NCBI GenBank assembly: GCA_965277805.1
Contig: OZ255842.1
Location: forward strand, 2,400,001-2,464,000
Direction of reading: 5' to 3'
Source of the DNA: Candidatus Lustribacter sp.
Lineage (GTDB): Bacteria; Vulcanimicrobiota; Vulcanimicrobiia; Vulcanimicrobiales; Vulcanimicrobiaceae
DNA: 64,000 nt
Shown: piece after piece, positions 1-9,110 of the stretch
Position numbering within the stretch: position 1 is the stretch's first letter
Layout: every line of letters starts with the position of its first letter
The notes under the pieces: model-generated
Seen by the model: only the letters and a program-made list of their open reading frames with translations
What the model was told of the DNA's origin: nothing
Databases searched by the model: none
Translations under genes and position numbers: made by a program

Positions 1-915
1 CACAACGCCGAATTGCACCTGATACTTGCCGACCGTTTGGATGGAGGGGATCGAAAGCTTGAGATTGGGATTGAACGCTTTCCATTTGCCGAAATCGACG
101 TCCCACGCGGCGTTGGCGATCGCCGGATCGACCTTCGTCTTGTCGACCAGGACGGCCACCGAGCCGGCCTTGTTCGCATAGCCGTATTGAATCGCTTTAC
201 GCACGGCGCGCAAGAACTTCACGACCGTCGAGCGGTTCTTCGCGGCCCAGTCGTTGTTCGCCGCGATGCACGTGAAGGCCCAATCCTTGATCGTATCGCT
301 GGCGGTTGCCAAGATCACGTCGCCCTTAGATTGGGCGAGCAGATCGAAGGGCTGGCCCAGCATCGAACCCTGCACCTGACCGCTTTGCAAGCCGGCGTAG
401 CGTGCGGTGCTGTTGCCGCCGATCACGATCTGAAAATCGTCGAGCGTCATCTTATGCGCCGCAGCAAGGGAGCCGAGCGCGATCGCCGTTACGTCTTGCT
501 TCGTACCGAGCATGACCGATTTGCCCTTGAGGTCGGCCCACGATTTGATACTCGGCAGCACGACCAGCGAGTAGGGGTTCACCCCGAACATCGGGGCCAC
601 GATCTTGAGCGGCAGGCTGTGGGACACGGCGGCAATCTCGCTATCGCATCCGTTGTCGACCATGTTGGCCCCGTTGGTCGCCACCAAGTTGATGACGTTG
701 GGCGGCGAGTTGCCCTCGATGATCGAGACCTTCAGGCCCTCATCCTTATAAAAGCCCTCGGCCTCGGCGATGTAAACGGGCCACTCCGATGCGGTCGGCG
801 TCAAAATACCGAAGTTCAGCTCGATCAGCCCGTTCTGGGCGGCGACCGGCGGCGGCGCGATGAGCAGCGTCAGCGCTGCCAGCAACGCGAGCGAGACAAA
901 CCTTGGTACGTTCAT
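1..915 (-). CDS. ABC transporter substrate-binding protein (SsuA/NMT1-like), truncated by the window edge
   Basis: Not in the ORF track; manual translation gives MNVPRFVSLALLAALTLLIAPPPVAAQNGLIELNFGILTPTASEWPVYIAEAEGFYKDEGL, i.e. a signal peptide plus SsuA-like N-terminus; GGAG upstream; divergent from the ATPase/permease. Confidence 0.85.
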   Translation of the reverse strand, partial: MNVPRFVSLALLAALTLLIAPPPVAAQNGLIELNFGILTPTASEWPVYIAEAEGFYKDEGLKVSIIEGNSPPNVINLVATNGANMVDNGCDSEIAAVSHSLPLKIVAPMFGVNPYSLVVLPSIKSWADLKGKSVMLGTKQDVTAIALGSLAAAHKMTLDDFQIVIGGNSTARYAGLQSGQVQGSMLGQPFDLLAQSKGDVILATASDTIKDWAFTCIAANNDWAAKNRSTVVKFLRAVRKAIQYGYANKAGSVAVLVDKTKVDPAIANAAWDVDFGKWKAFNPNLKLSIPSIQTVGKYQVQFGVV

Positions 916-1010
916 TCGACATTCTCCGTAGCGTCGTGCGTTCGTGAAAACGGGAGCCGAAACGGAATTTAGCGCGAGGAGACGGCTTCCCCCCGCCGTA
1001 CCGTCCTTCC

Positions 1011-1793
1011 GTGGCCCTCATTGAGTTCGTCGACGTCGGCATGACGTACCAGCGTCGCGGCGGTGGCGAAACCGTCGCGCTCGAGCGAACCTCCCTGACC
1101 ATCGCGCCGGGGGAGTTCATCTGCATCGTCGGCCCCAGCGGCTGCGGCAAGACGACGCTGCTGCACTGCCTCGACGGCCTGCAGACGCCGACGAGCGGCC
1201 GCATCCTGATCGACGGCCGCGAAATCACCGGTCCCGGCCGCGACCGCGCGATGGTCTTCCAAAGCGCGTCGCTGATGCCATGGCGCACGGTCTCCCGCAA
1301 CGTCACCTACGGCCTCGAGCTGCACGGCGTCCCGCTGCGCGAAGCGCTCCCGCGCGCGCAGAAGATGATCGACCTCGTGGGGTTGAGCGGATTCGAGGAT
1401 CGTCATCCGGGCGAACTCTCGGGCGGCATGCAGCAGCGCGTCAACCTGGCGCGCGCGCTCGTCATCGATCCCGAAGTGATCCTGCTCGACGAACCGTTTG
1501 CCGCGCTCGACGCGCAAACGCGGGAGGGCATGCAAACCGAGCTCTTGCGCGTGTGGGATGAAACGAAGAAGACCGCGGTTTTCATCACGCACCAGATCAG
1601 CGAAGCGGTCTACCTCGCCGACCGCGTCATCGTGATGTCGGCGCGGCCCGGTCACGTAAAGGCGATCGTGCCGGTGCCGATCTCGCGGCCGCGTCCCGCC
1701 AGCGCACGGCGCGATCCGCAGATGTACGAGATCGAGTCGGAGATCGCCGCCTTGATCGACGGCAGCCACACGGAAGTGGTGGTCGAAGCATGA
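1011..1793 (+). CDS. NitT/TauT-family ABC transporter ATP-binding protein
   Basis: Walker A GPSGCGKT, signature LSGGMQQR, Walker B ILLDEPF. Confidence 0.95.
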   Translation: MALIEFVDVGMTYQRRGGGETVALERTSLTIAPGEFICIVGPSGCGKTTLLHCLDGLQTPTSGRILIDGREITGPGRDRAMVFQSASLMPWRTVSRNVTYGLELHGVPLREALPRAQKMIDLVGLSGFEDRHPGELSGGMQQRVNLARALVIDPEVILLDEPFAALDAQTREGMQTELLRVWDETKKTAVFITHQISEAVYLADRVIVMSARPGHVKAIVPVPISRPRPASARRDPQMYEIESEIAALIDGSHTEVVVEA

Positions 1794-2629
1794 CGCAGTT
1801 GACGCAAACGTCGAGCGGCCTCGTCACCGACGACATCCCCGTTCCGCGCCGCAAGACCGTCGCGCGCGCCGGCTTCTTCTCCCAGCGCGCGATCACGCAG
1901 ATCATTTCGGTTATCGGCGGGCTCGCGCTGTGGGAGCTGCTCGCGCGCTACGCCGTGCACAACACCGCGTTTCTAGCACCGCCGTCGATCGTCGCGGTTC
2001 GCTTCTACCAAATGCTGCGCGACGGTTCGCTGCTCTACAACGGCTGGGTCAGTTTCCAGGAACTGATCGGCGGCTTCGTGCTCGGCGTCGCGGCCGGCAT
2101 CATCATCGGCGCCGCCATGGTGCAGTGGAAACGCGTCGACGACGCGCTCGAAGTCTGGATTGCCGCGCTCTACGCCGCGCCGATCGTCGCGCTCGCACCG
2201 ATCCTGATCATCTGGTTCGGCTTCGGCCCGTGGTCGAAGGTCGCCGTGGTCTTCATCATGGTCGTCTTCCCGATGGTGATCTGCACGCAGGCCGGGCTCG
2301 AATCGGTCGACCGCCGCCTACTGCTCGTGTCGCGCTCGTTCTGCGGTTCGCGCTGGAAGACGTTCGTCACCGTGGCGCTGCCGTCGGCGGCGCCGTTCAT
2401 CGTTTCCGGCATGCGGCAATCGGTCGGCCGCGGACTCGTCGGCGTCGTGATCGGCGAGCTCTTCGGCGCCAAAGCGGGCCTCGGCAACATCATCACGACC
2501 GCCAGCAGCGTGTTCGACATGCCGACGCTCTTCGTCGCCGTCGTGACGCTCGCGCTCGCCGGCATCATCCTCACCGGCATTCTCCGCTCGTTCGAACTGC
2601 GTCTCGCCGCCTGGCGCGACGTCGCCTAA
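1790..2629 (+). CDS. NitT/TauT-family ABC transporter permease
   Basis: Multiple TM segments, EAA-like loop region, VIGELFGAKAGLG motif; ATGA overlap with the ATPase. Confidence 0.93.
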   Translation: MTQLTQTSSGLVTDDIPVPRRKTVARAGFFSQRAITQIISVIGGLALWELLARYAVHNTAFLAPPSIVAVRFYQMLRDGSLLYNGWVSFQELIGGFVLGVAAGIIIGAAMVQWKRVDDALEVWIAALYAAPIVALAPILIIWFGFGPWSKVAVVFIMVVFPMVICTQAGLESVDRRLLLVSRSFCGSRWKTFVTVALPSAAPFIVSGMRQSVGRGLVGVVIGELFGAKAGLGNIITTASSVFDMPTLFVAVVTLALAGIILTGILRSFELRLAAWRDVA

Positions 2630-2640
2630 GGAAGCCAGCT

Positions 2641-3159
2641 ATGTCCGAAACCGCCACGCAGACCCAAACGACGCCGATCAAGGTCCGTAAACTCGGTCAT
2701 CTCGTGTATGAAGTCAGCGACATCGAACGCTCGACGAAGTTCTGGACGGAAATCATGGGCTTCTCCGTCTCCGATACCAACGAGTTCGGCATGGTGTTCT
2801 TGCACAGCACGGGCGATCATCATTCGATCGCGCTCGTGCCGTCGAAGAAGAAAGAGCGCCCGCCCGCGAACGCCGGCTTGCGTTTCCACCATTTGGCGAT
2901 GGAAGTCGACAACGTCGAAACGCTGTTCAAAGCCCGCGAATTTTTACAGGCGCGCGGCGTGCCGATCGACTTCGAAGGCCGGCGCGGACCCGGCGGTAAC
3001 ACCGGCGTCGAGTTTCAGGACCCCGACGGCTACACGTTCGAGATCTACGCCGACATGGACCAAATCGGTCCCGACGGCAAGACGCGCCCCCCGGAACAAT
3101 TCGATCGCGTCAAAACGCTCGAAGACGCCGTCGCCCGCCCCCTCCCCGACAAGTACTAG
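2641..3159 (+). CDS. VOC/glyoxalase (extradiol dioxygenase-like) family protein
   Basis: KLGHLVYEVSD, HHSIAL, FHHLAMEV, EFQDPDGYTFEIY; start reassigned to ATG 2641 after AAGGAAG. Confidence 0.88.
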   Translation: MSETATQTQTTPIKVRKLGHLVYEVSDIERSTKFWTEIMGFSVSDTNEFGMVFLHSTGDHHSIALVPSKKKERPPANAGLRFHHLAMEVDNVETLFKAREFLQARGVPIDFEGRRGPGGNTGVEFQDPDGYTFEIYADMDQIGPDGKTRPPEQFDRVKTLEDAVARPLPDKY

Positions 3160-3167
3160 CCATGCCC

Positions 3168-3200
3168 TGTCATCCCGAGCTTGTCGAGGGACCGCCACAA
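3168..3200 (+). repeat. REP-like repeat, short form
   Basis: TGTCATCCCGAGCTTGTCGAGGGACCGCCACAA; matches copies at 9121, 12170, 16490, 25321, 50930. Confidence 0.8.
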
Positions 3201-3202
3201 CC

Positions 3203-4261
3203 GTGAAAGCCGTGATCTTCGAGCGCTTCGGTGGACCCGAGGTGATGGAATACCGCGACGTGCCGACGCCCGAAGTCGGCCCCGGCGACGTGCTCGTCGA
3301 GGTGCATGCGGTCACCGTCAATCGCGCGCTCGACATTCACGTGCGCGAGTCCGGCGACGGGCGCAATCCCGTGCTGCCGCTCGTCCTCGGCGTCGATCCC
3401 GTCGGCGTGATCGTCAAGGCCGGTGCGAACGTTCCGCAGTCACGCATCGGCGAACGCGTTGCTGTAGCCTCATCGGTGCGCTGCGGAAAATGCGGCGCGT
3501 GCCTCGACGGCCGCGGACCCGATTGCGTCGCCACGCAGCATCTCGGCATTCACCGCTGGGGCGGCTACGCCGAATACCTCAGCATCCCCGCCGATGCGAC
3601 GATGCCGATTCCGGACAACATGAATTTCCCCGAGGCGGCCGTCGTGTTCCGCCACTTTCCCACCGCCTTTCATCTGCTCGACTGCAAAGCCGGCATCAAA
3701 GCCGGCGAAACCGTGTTGATCATGGGCGCGGCGGGCGGCCTGGGCAATGCCGGGATTCAAGTTGCGAAGTATCGCGGCGCGCGCGTGATCGCGGGCGCCG
3801 GCACCGATGCGGGCGTTGCGCTCGCGCGCGAAACGGGCGCCGACGAAGCGGTCAATTACCGCACCGAAAACCTCGAAGCGCGCGTCAACGAACTCACCGG
3901 CGCTAAGGGCGTCGACGTCGTGTTCGAAAATATCGGCGCACCGGATCTGTGGCCGGCAGCCTTCAACTCGCTCGGCGGCGGGGGACGGCTCGTGACCGCG
4001 GGCGCGCATGGCGGCGGCACGGTGACGCTCGACGTGAAGCGGCTTTATCGCCGCAAACTGCGCTTGATCGGCGGTGCGGGCTCCGATCCGTGGGACGTCG
4101 AGGCAACGATCGAGGGCGCGGCGAGCGGCAAACTGCACGGTGCGATCGACCGCATCTTGCCGCTCTCGGAAGTCGCGGAAGCGCATCGGCTCGTCAGCGA
4201 GCGTGAAGTCACCGGTAAAGTCGTGCTGATCCCCGAGCGCGTGCTCGCGCTAACGAACTAG
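3203..4261 (+). CDS. Zinc-binding medium-chain dehydrogenase/quinone oxidoreductase
   Basis: (M)KAVIFERFGGPEV start, structural Zn motif CGKCGAC...C, GAAGGLG nucleotide-binding motif; start reassigned to GTG 3203. Confidence 0.9.
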   Translation: MKAVIFERFGGPEVMEYRDVPTPEVGPGDVLVEVHAVTVNRALDIHVRESGDGRNPVLPLVLGVDPVGVIVKAGANVPQSRIGERVAVASSVRCGKCGACLDGRGPDCVATQHLGIHRWGGYAEYLSIPADATMPIPDNMNFPEAAVVFRHFPTAFHLLDCKAGIKAGETVLIMGAAGGLGNAGIQVAKYRGARVIAGAGTDAGVALARETGADEAVNYRTENLEARVNELTGAKGVDVVFENIGAPDLWPAAFNSLGGGGRLVTAGAHGGGTVTLDVKRLYRRKLRLIGGAGSDPWDVEATIEGAASGKLHGAIDRILPLSEVAEAHRLVSEREVTGKVVLIPERVLALTN

Positions 4262-4834
4262 ACGATCGCCCGGCTCCGGCGGCGGCTCGGGCGGCGCAGG
4301 CACCGTCGGCATCTCGTGATTGGCGTAGAGCGCTATGCGTTCGATGCGCCCATTGTTACCGCTGATGATCGCGATGCCGTGCTGCCAACGCGCTTGATAC
4401 GCGTGCTGGTAGACGATCGAACGCGCCCCGCCTTCGCGGCCGGCCTGCGAGATGAAGTACTCCGGCAACGACGTGATCACGTTGCCGATGCCGATGCTGC
4501 CCGGTTCCACTTTGAAGATACCGTTCGCCGGCGGCGTGTCGCGCGGTAAGTTTTCGGTCTTCGCAAGGTAGTGCTCGATGCCGATCAGCACTTGGCCGCG
4601 ATAGATCGCCGAGAGCACCCAACGCTGGTTGTGCAAACCGGCCGCGGCCCACGTGCGCCAGCCCGGCGCCGGATACTCGATCGCGGGGCCCATGCGGCGT
4701 TCGATCGCGCGGCGCGTGGTGAAGCCCGGCACGAAACTCAAGAGCCCGCTCTCGAGCGTCATCGGCGGTGCCGGCGCCGGTTTCGCGGGGGCGGCCGGAG
4801 GCTTCTTCTTATTTCCGAACAGGCCGGCGAACAT
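4250..4834 (-). CDS. Hypothetical protein with Pro-rich termini
   Basis: 194-aa ORF filling the gap between genes with natural composition; no motif recognised. Confidence 0.65.
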   Translation of the reverse strand: MFAGLFGNKKKPPAAPAKPAPAPPMTLESGLLSFVPGFTTRRAIERRMGPAIEYPAPGWRTWAAAGLHNQRWVLSAIYRGQVLIGIEHYLAKTENLPRDTPPANGIFKVEPGSIGIGNVITSLPEYFISQAGREGGARSIVYQHAYQARWQHGIAIISGNNGRIERIALYANHEMPTVPAPPEPPPEPGDRLVR

Positions 4835-4881
4835 CGGCCAAAACTTCTCGCCCGCGGCAACGAAGGCCGCTTTTCGCCCCG

Positions 4882-5310
4882 TCAGTCGAGCGCGATGCGC
4901 GCCAAAAGCGCCATTAAGTGATCGCGCTCCGCAGGCGCGAGCGGCGCGAGCGTTTCGGTTTGCGCGCGCGCGCTGAGCTCCGCAATTTCGCCGGCCTGGC
5001 GCTCCCCGCCGGCCGAGAGACGCACGCGCAGCTGACGCTGATCGGTCGGATGCGGCTCAACCACGATCAAGTCTTGTTTTTTGAGGCGTGCGACCAGGCC
5101 GTGCACGTTCGCCGGTTCCATGCCGATCGCGCGGCCGAGTTCGGCTTGCGAGAGCGGGCCGCGGGCGTGCAAGGTCATCACCGTTGCCGCCTGCATCGGC
5201 GTGATGCCGACGTCCTTGAGCAGATGGCTGGTGTTGTTCTTAGCGCGGTAGTAGGCGCGGCGGAGCAGATGGCCGACACGGTGCTCCGCTTCGTAGTCGA
5301 ATTCGTCCAG
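4882..5310 (-). CDS. MarR-family transcriptional regulator (probable CTG start)
   Basis: wHTH LSQAELGRAIGMEPANVHGLVARL, DQR wing motif; the frame extends upstream of ATG 5196 through a MarR-like helix RVGHLLRRAYY to CTG 5310. Confidence 0.85.
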   Translation of the reverse strand: MDEFDYEAEHRVGHLLRRAYYRAKNNTSHLLKDVGITPMQAATVMTLHARGPLSQAELGRAIGMEPANVHGLVARLKKQDLIVVEPHPTDQRQLRVRLSAGGERQAGEIAELSARAQTETLAPLAPAERDHLMALLARIALD

Positions 5311-5315
5311 AGCGG

Positions 5316-6197
5316 CTAGCGTGCCAGAGCGACGGCTTCTTCGAAGCGGCCCGCGCCGATCTTATCGGCGTCAAAGATGCCGCGCTCTGCCACCCACGAG
5401 TGGGTGTCTTCATACATCGTCTTCGAGTACGGTTCGAAGATCAGCCGCTCGCCGGGACCGAAGCGGCGCACGTCGACCAGCGGACGGAAGCGTTCCTGCA
5501 ACTCGTTCTGATAGTAGTGCACGTACTTCTGATGCCGCACGTCGATGTCGGCCTGCGCGCGGCGCAGCGCGGCGTAGTATTTCTTCACGTCGTCGAGGTC
5601 GGCGTCTTTCGCGACCATGCCGGCGATCATGAACGTCGTGTCGGTGATGACGCGGAAGCCGAGCTGCTCGAGGATGTAACGCTGCATGCCGAACACGTTC
5701 GCAGCCTTTGCTTCGCGCGCGATCATCGCGTCGACGCGCTCGTCGGGCAAACCGCCGAAGCGCAGTTTGATCGCATCGGCCGGCAGATATTCTTCGAGCG
5801 ACTGGATCGTCGCGTAGTGGCTGCCGGAATGGTAGCCGACGTAGACCTCGACGCCCGCCAGCTGCTCGGGTTTGGTGATCGCCGACTCCGGCGGCACCAT
5901 GATCGCGCCGGGCGAGATCGAGTAGCATTCGCCCCACAGCGTGCCGTGGTCGGCGGAGGCGGCCATGTTCACGGTCCAATGGCACGCGCAGCTCACGGTC
6001 GCATCGCGGCCGGTTTCGTACGACTCGTACGCGCCGTGCTTCTTGCCCTCGGCGGTCATGACGTCGGCTGGGTCGGGCTGGCCCAAATCATTTTTCTTGA
6101 GGACGTAGTCCGTCAGGCCCTCAGCCGCGTAGTAGCCCTTTTCTTCCGCGACCCATTCCTGGAGACGCCCGTGCGTGTGGATGACGAAGGTGCTCAT
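5316..6197 (-). CDS. Type II periplasmic-binding-protein-fold protein lacking a signal peptide
   Basis: VAEEKGYYAAEGL and IMVPPESAITKPEQLAG resemble SsuA/THI5 family; no hydrophobic N-terminus; SCACHW motif. Confidence 0.75.
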   Translation of the reverse strand: MSTFVIHTHGRLQEWVAEEKGYYAAEGLTDYVLKKNDLGQPDPADVMTAEGKKHGAYESYETGRDATVSCACHWTVNMAASADHGTLWGECYSISPGAIMVPPESAITKPEQLAGVEVYVGYHSGSHYATIQSLEEYLPADAIKLRFGGLPDERVDAMIAREAKAANVFGMQRYILEQLGFRVITDTTFMIAGMVAKDADLDDVKKYYAALRRAQADIDVRHQKYVHYYQNELQERFRPLVDVRRFGPGERLIFEPYSKTMYEDTHSWVAERGIFDADKIGAGRFEEAVALAR

Positions 6198-6200
6198 ATC

Positions 6201-6214
6201 GTTATGATAATAAC
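6201..6214. promoter_or_regulatory. Palindromic operator (MarR-type) overlapping a -10 box
   Basis: GTTATGATAATAAC (GTTAT-N4-ATAAC), AT-rich in a GC-rich context; minus strand reads TATCAT-6 nt-ATG. Confidence 0.55.
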
Positions 6215-6219
6215 ATTAT

Positions 6220-6942
6220 TTAGCCGGCGTCAAGCCCCGCCCGCCCGGCCGCCGCGAGCAGGGCGGCGGTGAGTTCGGCGGGAGCGTCGAGCATCACGTC
6301 GTGGCCGCTTGGGATCGCATCGACGAACCAGCCGCCCTCGGCGGTTACCCGCGCTCGGGCTTCATCGAAGCCGGGTGAGCGGTAATTGCCGGCGCGCAAG
6401 TACGTCTTGTGCGCGCAGCGTTCGCGCGCGCCTGTGAGCGCGAGCCCTTCGGTAAACGTCTTGAGCGGCTGCGGCACGCATTGCGCATCGACATATGCGC
6501 GGTCGCGTTCGTTCACGCCGAAGCTCGCTGCCGCAATCGGCGGCAAGTAGCCCGAGTCCGCGGCGGCTTCGAATCGCGCCCGCACGGCGGCCAGTGCGTT
6601 GTCCATCATCGACTCACCGTCGCGCGGAACGAACGCATCGAGGAACACGAGCGCGGCGATGCGTTCGGGCACGGCTTCCACGACGCCGGTGATCACGTTG
6701 CCGCCGTAGGAGTGACCGCACAGCACGACGTCGTGCAAGTCTTCGAACTTCAGCACGTTGACGATGTCGGTGACGTGCGTACTGAGCGTGATGTCGGGAC
6801 TGCTGAGATGCACCCGCTCGCCGAGTCCGGTCAGCGTCGGCGTAAACACGCGGTGCCCGCGCGCCCGCAGCGCGTCGGCTACGCGCGCGTAACACCACCC
6901 GCCGTGCCACGCTCCGTGAACGAGAACGAAGGTCGTCGGCAT
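6220..6942 (-). CDS. Alpha/beta hydrolase (esterase, SABP2-like)
   Basis: FVLVHGAWHGGWC, GHSYGG nucleophile elbow, GHDVM catalytic His. Confidence 0.92.
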   Translation of the reverse strand: MPTTFVLVHGAWHGGWCYARVADALRARGHRVFTPTLTGLGERVHLSSPDITLSTHVTDIVNVLKFEDLHDVVLCGHSYGGNVITGVVEAVPERIAALVFLDAFVPRDGESMMDNALAAVRARFEAAADSGYLPPIAAASFGVNERDRAYVDAQCVPQPLKTFTEGLALTGARERCAHKTYLRAGNYRSPGFDEARARVTAEGGWFVDAIPSGHDVMLDAPAELTAALLAAAGRAGLDAG

Positions 6943-6954
6943 GTGGGTCTCTCC

Positions 6955-7830
6955 TCAGCCGACCTGCGGTCCACCGAAGAACTGCATCAGAATCGGCTTG
7001 AGCGGGCGATTAGGTTTGTAATCGGCGGGCGGCGGCTGCAACGGAACGCGACGATCGCCGCGGGCGAACGGATCGTCATGAATCGGATAGTGGAATAACC
7101 ACGGAATATCGTCTTCCTCAACGTGCCCGTCGCCGTACATGTATTCGTAGTGCGTCCAATAGTAGATGGTGTTGCCGCGCCGGATTCCCTCTCCGATCAC
7201 GCTGATGATGCCGTCGCCCGGATTCATTCCCTCGTGAATGCCGTTGAACGACATCTGGAAATGTTTGGTCGTGATCGTCGGCGCCGTATCCATCGCGGCA
7301 TTGGCTTGGGCGAGCGTCTGATGCGACGACGCAATCGATTGCGCGAACTGATTGTTGAGCTGATCGAGCTGCGCTTGCGAGTAGGCCTGACGCTTGGGTT
7401 CGGGCGGCGCGGCGGCAGGCCGGACCTCGTGCGGGATCTCCGCCACGCCCTCGCCGCGCGACGGCGCGGTCTGGCGCGGCGCGTGCACCTTGATGTGCGC
7501 GAGTTCGTGGTGCTGCTCGACGGGCGCGACGATCGGCTGCGGCTCGACGCGCGGCGCAGGCGGTGGCGGCGGCGGCGGTTTCGGCGGCTGCTTGGGCTTC
7601 GGCAACACGACGGCCACCGGCCGTTGTTGCGGTTCGGCCTTTTCCAAGCGAATGATGTCGGACTTCGGCAGCTGCGGCGATTGCAGGCTTGCGAGTTGCG
7701 GCAGCGCCTTCACCACGGCGCGCGAAAGCAGACCGTACAACGAGCCACCGGCGAGGTGGACCATTAACGACAGCATGAGCCCGATGAGGAGATAGCGCCG
7801 CGTTCGCGCGCGGCCTCGCGCGCTGATCAT
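6955..7830 (-). CDS. Membrane-anchored Pro-rich (TonB-like architecture) hypothetical protein
   Basis: N-terminal TM with SLMVH, long Pro-rich linker, C-terminal domain shared with 9082..10245. Confidence 0.75.
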   Translation of the reverse strand: MISARGRARTRRYLLIGLMLSLMVHLAGGSLYGLLSRAVVKALPQLASLQSPQLPKSDIIRLEKAEPQQRPVAVVLPKPKQPPKPPPPPPPAPRVEPQPIVAPVEQHHELAHIKVHAPRQTAPSRGEGVAEIPHEVRPAAAPPEPKRQAYSQAQLDQLNNQFAQSIASSHQTLAQANAAMDTAPTITTKHFQMSFNGIHEGMNPGDGIISVIGEGIRRGNTIYYWTHYEYMYGDGHVEEDDIPWLFHYPIHDDPFARGDRRVPLQPPPADYKPNRPLKPILMQFFGGPQVG

Positions 7831-7929
7831 GTCCTGGGGGATAACGTTCCTCGGACTACGGTAGTCCCATGAGATTCAACGGCCATCGTAGGGGGCCCGG
7901 CTTGGAGTCCCCTGGGCCGCGGCCCCACG

Positions 7930-7956
7930 AAAAAAGCACCCCGCGGACGGGGTGCT
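7930..7956 (-). terminator. Rho-independent terminator after rplL
   Basis: Minus strand AGCACCCCG-TCCG-CGGGGTGCT followed by a T run. Confidence 0.85.
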
Positions 7957-7978
7957 CGTTCTGCTTACCAGCGATCGG

Positions 7979-8353
7979 TTACTTGATCTCGACCTTGGCG
8001 CCGGCTTCTTCGACTTTCTTCTTGATCGATTCGGCTTCGTCTTTGGTGACGCCGGTCTTGATCGCCTTGGGGGCGCTCTCGACGAACGACTTCGCTTCGG
8101 TCAGGCCGAGCGAGGTGACTTCGCGGACGGCCTTGATGACCTTGATCTTCTCGGCGCCGATTTCGCTGAGAATGACGTCGAATTCCGTCTGGGCTTCGGC
8201 CGGGCCGGCGGCCGCGGCGGCACCCGGGGCTGCCGCAACGGCAACCGGGGCAGCGGCGCTAACGCCGTATTTTTCTTCGAGGGTCTTCACCAGCTCGGAG
8301 AGCTCGAGGACCGTGAGTTTGTCGATTTGATCGATGAGTTCGGCTACTGCCAT
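7979..8353 (-). CDS. rplL: 50S ribosomal protein L7/L12
   Basis: [50 protein letters not shown]. Confidence 0.99.
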   Translation of the reverse strand: MAVAELIDQIDKLTVLELSELVKTLEEKYGVSAAAPVAVAAAPGAAAAAGPAEAQTEFDVILSEIGAEKIKVIKAVREVTSLGLTEAKSFVESAPKAIKTGVTKDEAESIKKKVEEAGAKVEIK

Positions 8354-8369
8354 GTTGTTCGATTATCTC

Positions 8370-8909
8370 CTAAGCTGCTGATCCGGCGGCTTCTTTTTGC
8401 TCGCGGATCGAATTGAGGACGCGGACGAGACCGCCTTGATTGCCCGAGAGCACGGTCACCAGACCGTATAGCGGGCTCTTGAGCGACCCAACCAGGCGGC
8501 CAAGAAGCTCGATTTTCGGAGGGAGGGAGGCGAGTTGGGCTACGCCCTTGGCATCGACGATCTGGCCGTCGATGTACGCCGCCTTGATTTCGACGGGCTT
8601 GTTGGCCTCGCCGAAGGGCATTTTGAGCGCTTTCGCGGGTGCGACCGGATCGTCGCCGGCGAAAACGATGGCCGTCGGACCGGCCAGGTAGGATTCAAAT
8701 TTAGCGGCGAGATCGCTACCCGCGGCGCGCGAGAACAGGGTGTTCTTCACGACGCCATACGTGCTGACGCCGTCTTTGCGCAGCTCGTTGCGGAGTTTCG
8801 TGATGTCTCCGACGGTCAGCCCGGCGTAATTCGTGAAGAACAAGTTCTTCGACGCGCCCAGCTTCTGCCGGAGTTCTTCGATCGTCGCTTCTTTTTTCGC
8901 GGTCGGCAT
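8370..8909 (-). CDS. rplJ: 50S ribosomal protein L10
   Basis: MPTAKKEATIEEL, YAGLTV, VVKNTL, GPTAIVF, LASLP; start reassigned to ATG 8909. Confidence 0.97.
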   Translation of the reverse strand: MPTAKKEATIEELRQKLGASKNLFFTNYAGLTVGDITKLRNELRKDGVSTYGVVKNTLFSRAAGSDLAAKFESYLAGPTAIVFAGDDPVAPAKALKMPFGEANKPVEIKAAYIDGQIVDAKGVAQLASLPPKIELLGRLVGSLKSPLYGLVTVLSGNQGGLVRVLNSIREQKEAAGSAA

Positions 8910-8928
8910 GGTGGCTTTCTTGAGAACG

Positions 8929-9068
8929 AAAAAGCGCCTCCGCCAACCCAGGCGAGGCGCATCGAAAGCCAAATGCCCGCAGGCACTAGGAGTCTCGTTC
9001 GCATCCTCGGTAGGCGCCTAGCGCTCGCACGCTCAGCATTATCCCCTCACGGGGACCCACGGTCATTG
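8929..9068 (-). promoter_or_regulatory. L10 leader with attenuator-like hairpin
   Basis: GACCGTGGG...TAA...CCTACCGAGG resembles the L10_leader; GCGCCTCGCC...GGCGGAGGCGC-TTTTT lies just before rplJ. Confidence 0.7.
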
Positions 9069-9080
9069 GAGCCATTGCGT

Positions 9081-9110
9081 ATCATACCTCAGGCGGCCCC
9101 TGAGGGTCAA
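9081..9110 (-). promoter_or_regulatory. Sigma70-type promoter for rplJL
   Basis: TTGACC-18 nt-TATGAT immediately upstream of the L10 leader. Confidence 0.7.

Noticed and set aside
7853-7867. Palindrome GGACTAC-G-GTAGTCC upstream of the TonB-like gene
   Set aside because: Single occurrence with no candidate regulator; cannot be distinguished from chance
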